The translations under genes were made by a program, and so were the position numbers. A stretch of 64,000 nucleotides of DNA from Candidatus Iainarchaeum sp. GTDB taxonomy: Archaea; Iainarchaeota; Iainarchaeia; JAGGVJ01. Positions within the stretch are counted from its first letter, which is position 1, and the number at the start of each line of letters is the position of its first letter. The notes below the pieces were generated by a model, which searched no databases, was not told the DNA's origin, and saw only the letters and a list, made by a program, of their open reading frames with translations. The stretch lies in the NCBI GenBank assembly GCA_021158055.1, contig JAGGVJ010000040.1, positions 1-64,000 of the forward strand, read 5' to 3'. This document shows, piece by piece, positions 60,337 to 64,000 of the stretch.

Positions 60337-62631
60337 ATGGGTGAAATGGATAAGGGCAAACATGTAATTAAAAGTGAGGGTGGCAAAAAAACCCTTGTAA
60401 TCGATTACAGGAACTCAAAAACCGGGGCAGACATCGCAGAATACGCCGACTGCATGGAACAAGTGCTCTCTCTTTTGAGAACAAACGACGCTGACTTAGT
60501 GGTTTTGGCTGACCTGTATGAAAGGGTCTACGACGAAAAGCAGACAAAAATGCTCAAAGAAATAGCTGACCTGGCAAATTTGTTTGAAACAGAAAACCTT
60601 TGGGGCTACACATATCTCGGAAACGTAAAAACAGAAAGCGAAGTGACTTTAAGCGAGAGGCACAACCTGGTGGTCAAAATTGCCCACGACCTGCTTTTGC
60701 GCGACCCGATAAAGGCATACCTGACTCTTCTTGACACCCTGAAAAAAGAAAAAATGAGAGCAAACGCAGGAGGAAAAACCTATCCCGTCGTGTTCCTGAA
60801 AACACTGGTGTTTGTCAAAAACAAGCTTGAGGCAACCAATCTTATTTCCGTCACAAAAAACCTGATTTTAAGGCTTCACAAAGTCCCGACGGGACGAGGT
60901 TTTTATCACTCGTTTTTTGACGCGCAGATAAAGCCGTCTTTTGTGGGTTCAAGGCTTCTTTTCAAAACCGACGAAAAAGTTGAACTGGTTGACCAGTACA
61001 ACGTTCTTGACGCGGAAGTGCGGGTCTACAGGCACCCTGAAAAAATCGCTTTAATGTATTACATCAACCCGCCCGAGTACTCGCTTTCGCCTGAAAAATA
61101 CTTCATCTTGACAAAAACAAAAGAAGTCGTTGCAAAATACAGGCCCACAAACACAGAATTTTCAGATGCTTCCCAGTCAAGGAAATACTTCGAGCACATT
61201 TACCAGGCAACCATAAACGACATTGCAAAAGAAAACAGCATTTCCATCTCACCGCGGGAAAAAGAAGCGCTTGCAAAAATAGTGGCGCGCTACACAATCG
61301 GCTACGGCGTGCTTGAACTCCTGTTGTCTGACAGGAAACTGACAGACGTTTACCTTGATGCGCCTCTCGGAACCAAACCTATTTATGTTGTTCACGGCGA
61401 ATACGGGCAGTGCCAGACAAACGTAATCTTCACAAACGAAGAAGCCCGCTCAACAGTATCCCGGCTCAGGGCGCTTTCAGGCAGGCCTTTTGACGAAGCC
61501 CACCCTGTCATGGACTTTAACCTATCCTCGCTCCAGACAAGGGTCGCAGTCATCGGCCAGCCCCTCAGCCCGCACGGCATAGCGTTTGCGTTGAGGCTTC
61601 ACAAGACCACTCCCTGGACTTTGCCCCAGTTCATTGACGCGCACATGATTGACCACCACACAGCAGGCCTTTTGAGCTTTCTCGTGGACTCAAAGGCATC
61701 CATGCTCATAACCGGCTCAAGGGGTTCGGGAAAAAGCTCCATGCTTACCGCGCTCATGCTTGAGATCCTTCAAAACCTGAGAATCATCGTCCAGGAAGAC
61801 ACCCTTGAAATTCCCGCGCCGTACCTCAAAAGCATCGGCTACAACATCCAGCAGCTCAAAACCCAGAGTGCGATTTCCGTGGGAAGAACCGAAAACGAAG
61901 TAAGCCCTGACGAGGCATTGAGAACAGCGCTTCGTCTGGGTGACTCTGTCCTGATCGTGGGTGAAGTGAGATCAAAAGAAGCAAGAGTGCTTTACGAGGC
62001 AATGCGTATCGGCGCGGTGGGAAACGTTGTCATGGGGACCATTCACGGCGAAAGCGCTTATTCCGTGTGGGACAGGATTGTAAACGACCTTGAAGTGCCG
62101 AACACTTCCTTCAAGGCAACCGACATGGTCCTTGTCCAGGCCCCTGTTAGATTCAAGGGCTCGCTCAAACGGCACAGGAGAGTAATCCAGCTGACTGAAG
62201 TGAAAAAGCACTGGCAAAACGACCCTGCCGCAGAAGAGGGGCTTCTTGACCTGCTCTCTTTTGACGCTTCAAAAGACGGGTGGGACCTGTTAAAGGACAA
62301 CTTCAAGGACTCCGAGTACTTCCCGAAACTCAAGCGCACAACCGGCATGAGCATTGAGGAAATATGGAAGGACATAAAACTGCGCGGAGAATCAAAAAAA
62401 TACCTTGTCGACTCAAAAAACAAATTTGAAATCCCTGCTCTTCTGGAAGCCGAAAACACTGTTCCGATGAACAACAAATTACTGCTGATGGCTGAAGAAA
62501 TGCGCAAATCCGGCGGAGGCATGGACTACGACAAGCTTCTTGAATCATGGAAAAAATGGGTTGACAACCGGTATGTGAAAGAAATAATTGCAAAAAAAAG
62601 GCTTGTTTCAACACGTAAAATCAAAAGGTGA
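60337..62631 (+). CDS. Type II/IV secretion (VirB11/TadA/ArlI-like) ATPase with long N-terminal extension
   Basis: GYGVLELLLSD, Walker A GSRGSGKS, QEDTLEI, ALRLGDSVLIVGEVR, GTIHG. Confidence 0.93.
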   Translation: MGEMDKGKHVIKSEGGKKTLVIDYRNSKTGADIAEYADCMEQVLSLLRTNDADLVVLADLYERVYDEKQTKMLKEIADLANLFETENLWGYTYLGNVKTESEVTLSERHNLVVKIAHDLLLRDPIKAYLTLLDTLKKEKMRANAGGKTYPVVFLKTLVFVKNKLEATNLISVTKNLILRLHKVPTGRGFYHSFFDAQIKPSFVGSRLLFKTDEKVELVDQYNVLDAEVRVYRHPEKIALMYYINPPEYSLSPEKYFILTKTKEVVAKYRPTNTEFSDASQSRKYFEHIYQATINDIAKENSISISPREKEALAKIVARYTIGYGVLELLLSDRKLTDVYLDAPLGTKPIYVVHGEYGQCQTNVIFTNEEARSTVSRLRALSGRPFDEAHPVMDFNLSSLQTRVAVIGQPLSPHGIAFALRLHKTTPWTLPQFIDAHMIDHHTAGLLSFLVDSKASMLITGSRGSGKSSMLTALMLEILQNLRIIVQEDTLEIPAPYLKSIGYNIQQLKTQSAISVGRTENEVSPDEALRTALRLGDSVLIVGEVRSKEARVLYEAMRIGAVGNVVMGTIHGESAYSVWDRIVNDLEVPNTSFKATDMVLVQAPVRFKGSLKRHRRVIQLTEVKKHWQNDPAAEEGLLDLLSFDASKDGWDLLKDNFKDSEYFPKLKRTTGMSIEEIWKDIKLRGESKKYLVDSKNKFEIPALLEAENTVPMNNKLLLMAEEMRKSGGGMDYDKLLESWKKWVDNRYVKEIIAKKRLVSTRKIKR

Positions 62632-62635
62632 AAAA

Positions 62636-64000
62636 GTGCGCGAAAGAAAAAAACAAAACCAGGCAAACAGAAAAACCCGCGACACCGAAAACATTGATGT
62701 CAAGCTCCCGGGATCACTGATTTACGGGGAGCGCGAAACAGATCCGGTCACAAAAACCGCTGATTCAAAAAAACCAGGAAAAAGCGGTTTTGTGAAATTC
62801 TGCAAGTGGAGCTACAGGCGCATAAAATCAAAAAACTCCAAATTTGACGAAAAATACAGGCAGGCAATTGACTTTCTCGGCTGGAACCTCACTGCAGACG
62901 AGTTTGCTTCAGGACAGAAAATGTCTATGGTCCTTGGTTTTGCATTGTCTGCAGTGATTGGACTGTGCGCATCCTACTTTGGCCTGATTTCATTATCAGG
63001 CGGCATTTCAATGGACAATCTTCCATTCCTTGGCATGCTTGCGGTGATTCCGATGGCCGCTTCGGCGATGGTTGTCAAAATGCCTTTAAACGCTGCCGAA
63101 ACAGAAAAAATGAACTCCATGACTTACGTTCCTGAAATCGTAAATTACCTTGTCATGAGCATGAAGCTGTCGCCAAACCTTGAAAAGGCAATCCAGTTTG
63201 CTGCAGAGCACGGGCGGGGAAAGATCGCCGACGATTTCAAAAAGCTGTTGTGGGACGTTGACATCGGAGTATACAACACTGTTGAGGAAGGCCTTGACGA
63301 CCTCGCGTACAAATGGGGGGACTACAGTTCTGTCCTGAAACACGCCTTGATGCAGATTCGCGCTTCAGTGATTGAGGCAAACGATGCAAGGCGCCTTGCG
63401 TTGCTTGACAAGGCGGTAGCCGATGTCATTGAAGGAATCAAGGCGGAAATGAGCACTTACTCGCGAAAACTGCACGCGCCCGCGATTTACCTTTATTACC
63501 TCGGGGTCCTCCTGCCGCTTATGCTTGTGATCATCCTGCCTATCGGCTCCGTGTTTACCGGGGCAGGCCTTGCTGACAGGAACCTCTTGTTTGTGCTCTA
63601 CAACATAATCATACCGACAGCCACTTTCCTTTTTGCAAGAAACCTCCTCAAAAAAAGACCCCCGACTTACACCCCGCCGGTCATCCCCGATGACTTTCCG
63701 GGAATCCCCCCAAAACACAAGTTGTTTTACGGGAAAAACAAAAAAACATTCCCTGTCCTGGCACTTGCAATAATTGCTGCTTTGGCTGTTCTCCTGTTTT
63801 CATTCATGGCAAACAACACAATTACTCAGCTTAGCTTTTCAGGCACCGACTTTGGCATCGACCCTTTTCACATGGTCACGCTTGAAGAGGCAAAAAACAA
63901 CATCTGGGGAACTTTCAACGACACCGGGTTTGAATGGGGCGGAATAAAATATGTCACTCCGATCTGGATGATCTACGGAGTTCTTTTATCGGTTGTTTCC
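62636..64000 (+). CDS. TadB/TadC (T2SS F-domain) membrane platform protein, truncated by the window end
   Basis: Read by eye (absent from the ORF track): GTG after AGGTGA; ...PEIVNYLVMSMKLSPNLEKAIQFAAEHGRGKIADDFKKLLWDVDIG...LYYLGVLLPLMLVIILP. Confidence 0.85.
   Translation, partial: MRERKKQNQANRKTRDTENIDVKLPGSLIYGERETDPVTKTADSKKPGKSGFVKFCKWSYRRIKSKNSKFDEKYRQAIDFLGWNLTADEFASGQKMSMVLGFALSAVIGLCASYFGLISLSGGISMDNLPFLGMLAVIPMAASAMVVKMPLNAAETEKMNSMTYVPEIVNYLVMSMKLSPNLEKAIQFAAEHGRGKIADDFKKLLWDVDIGVYNTVEEGLDDLAYKWGDYSSVLKHALMQIRASVIEANDARRLALLDKAVADVIEGIKAEMSTYSRKLHAPAIYLYYLGVLLPLMLVIILPIGSVFTGAGLADRNLLFVLYNIIIPTATFLFARNLLKKRPPTYTPPVIPDDFPGIPPKHKLFYGKNKKTFPVLALAIIAALAVLLFSFMANNTITQLSFSGTDFGIDPFHMVTLEEAKNNIWGTFNDTGFEWGGIKYVTPIWMIYGVLLSVVS

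Overview
Chromosomal window from an archaeon, most likely DPANN (Iainarchaeota/Diapherotrites- or Micrarchaeota-like). This placement is inferred from gene content and protein signatures, not from a database search. 1.4-15.7 kb holds the conserved rpoH-rpoB''-rpoB'-rpoA'-rpoA''-L30e-nusA-S12-S7-EF2-EF1A-S10 cluster on the minus strand; several of these proteins carry tandem-repeat-derived disordered extensions, and the RNA polymerase has unusual motif substitutions. All 8 tRNA genes found contain BHB-type introns (10 introns; two genes have two; positions 29/30, 30/31, D-loop and 37/38). The 88-nt tRNA-Met intron carries a candidate box C/D guide for its own C34. A ~330-bp ORF-less IS200/IS605-like relic with a TnpB omega-RNA-type right end sits just upstream of tRNA-Ser. 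The middle region has a non-LysA PLP decarboxylase plus ATP-grasp pair, a degenerate RpiA, an HD dNTPase, two PurP paralogs, a 1933-aa modular DUF2341/lectin surface protein, map and polB. The best candidate for an undescribed system is 37.7-64 kb. It combines a VirB11/TadA-type ATPase, a TadC-like platform protein, an archaeosortase, a class III signal peptide protein, two paralogous giant membrane-anchored proteins (2079 and 2765 aa), small membrane proteins and a Walker-dead HerA/VirB4-like ATPase. The 2765-aa protein ends in a hydrophobic-hairpin/coiled-coil module resembling a pore-former or fusogen, so the locus may encode a cell-contact or host-penetration apparatus. All functional calls come from motif recognition by eye.
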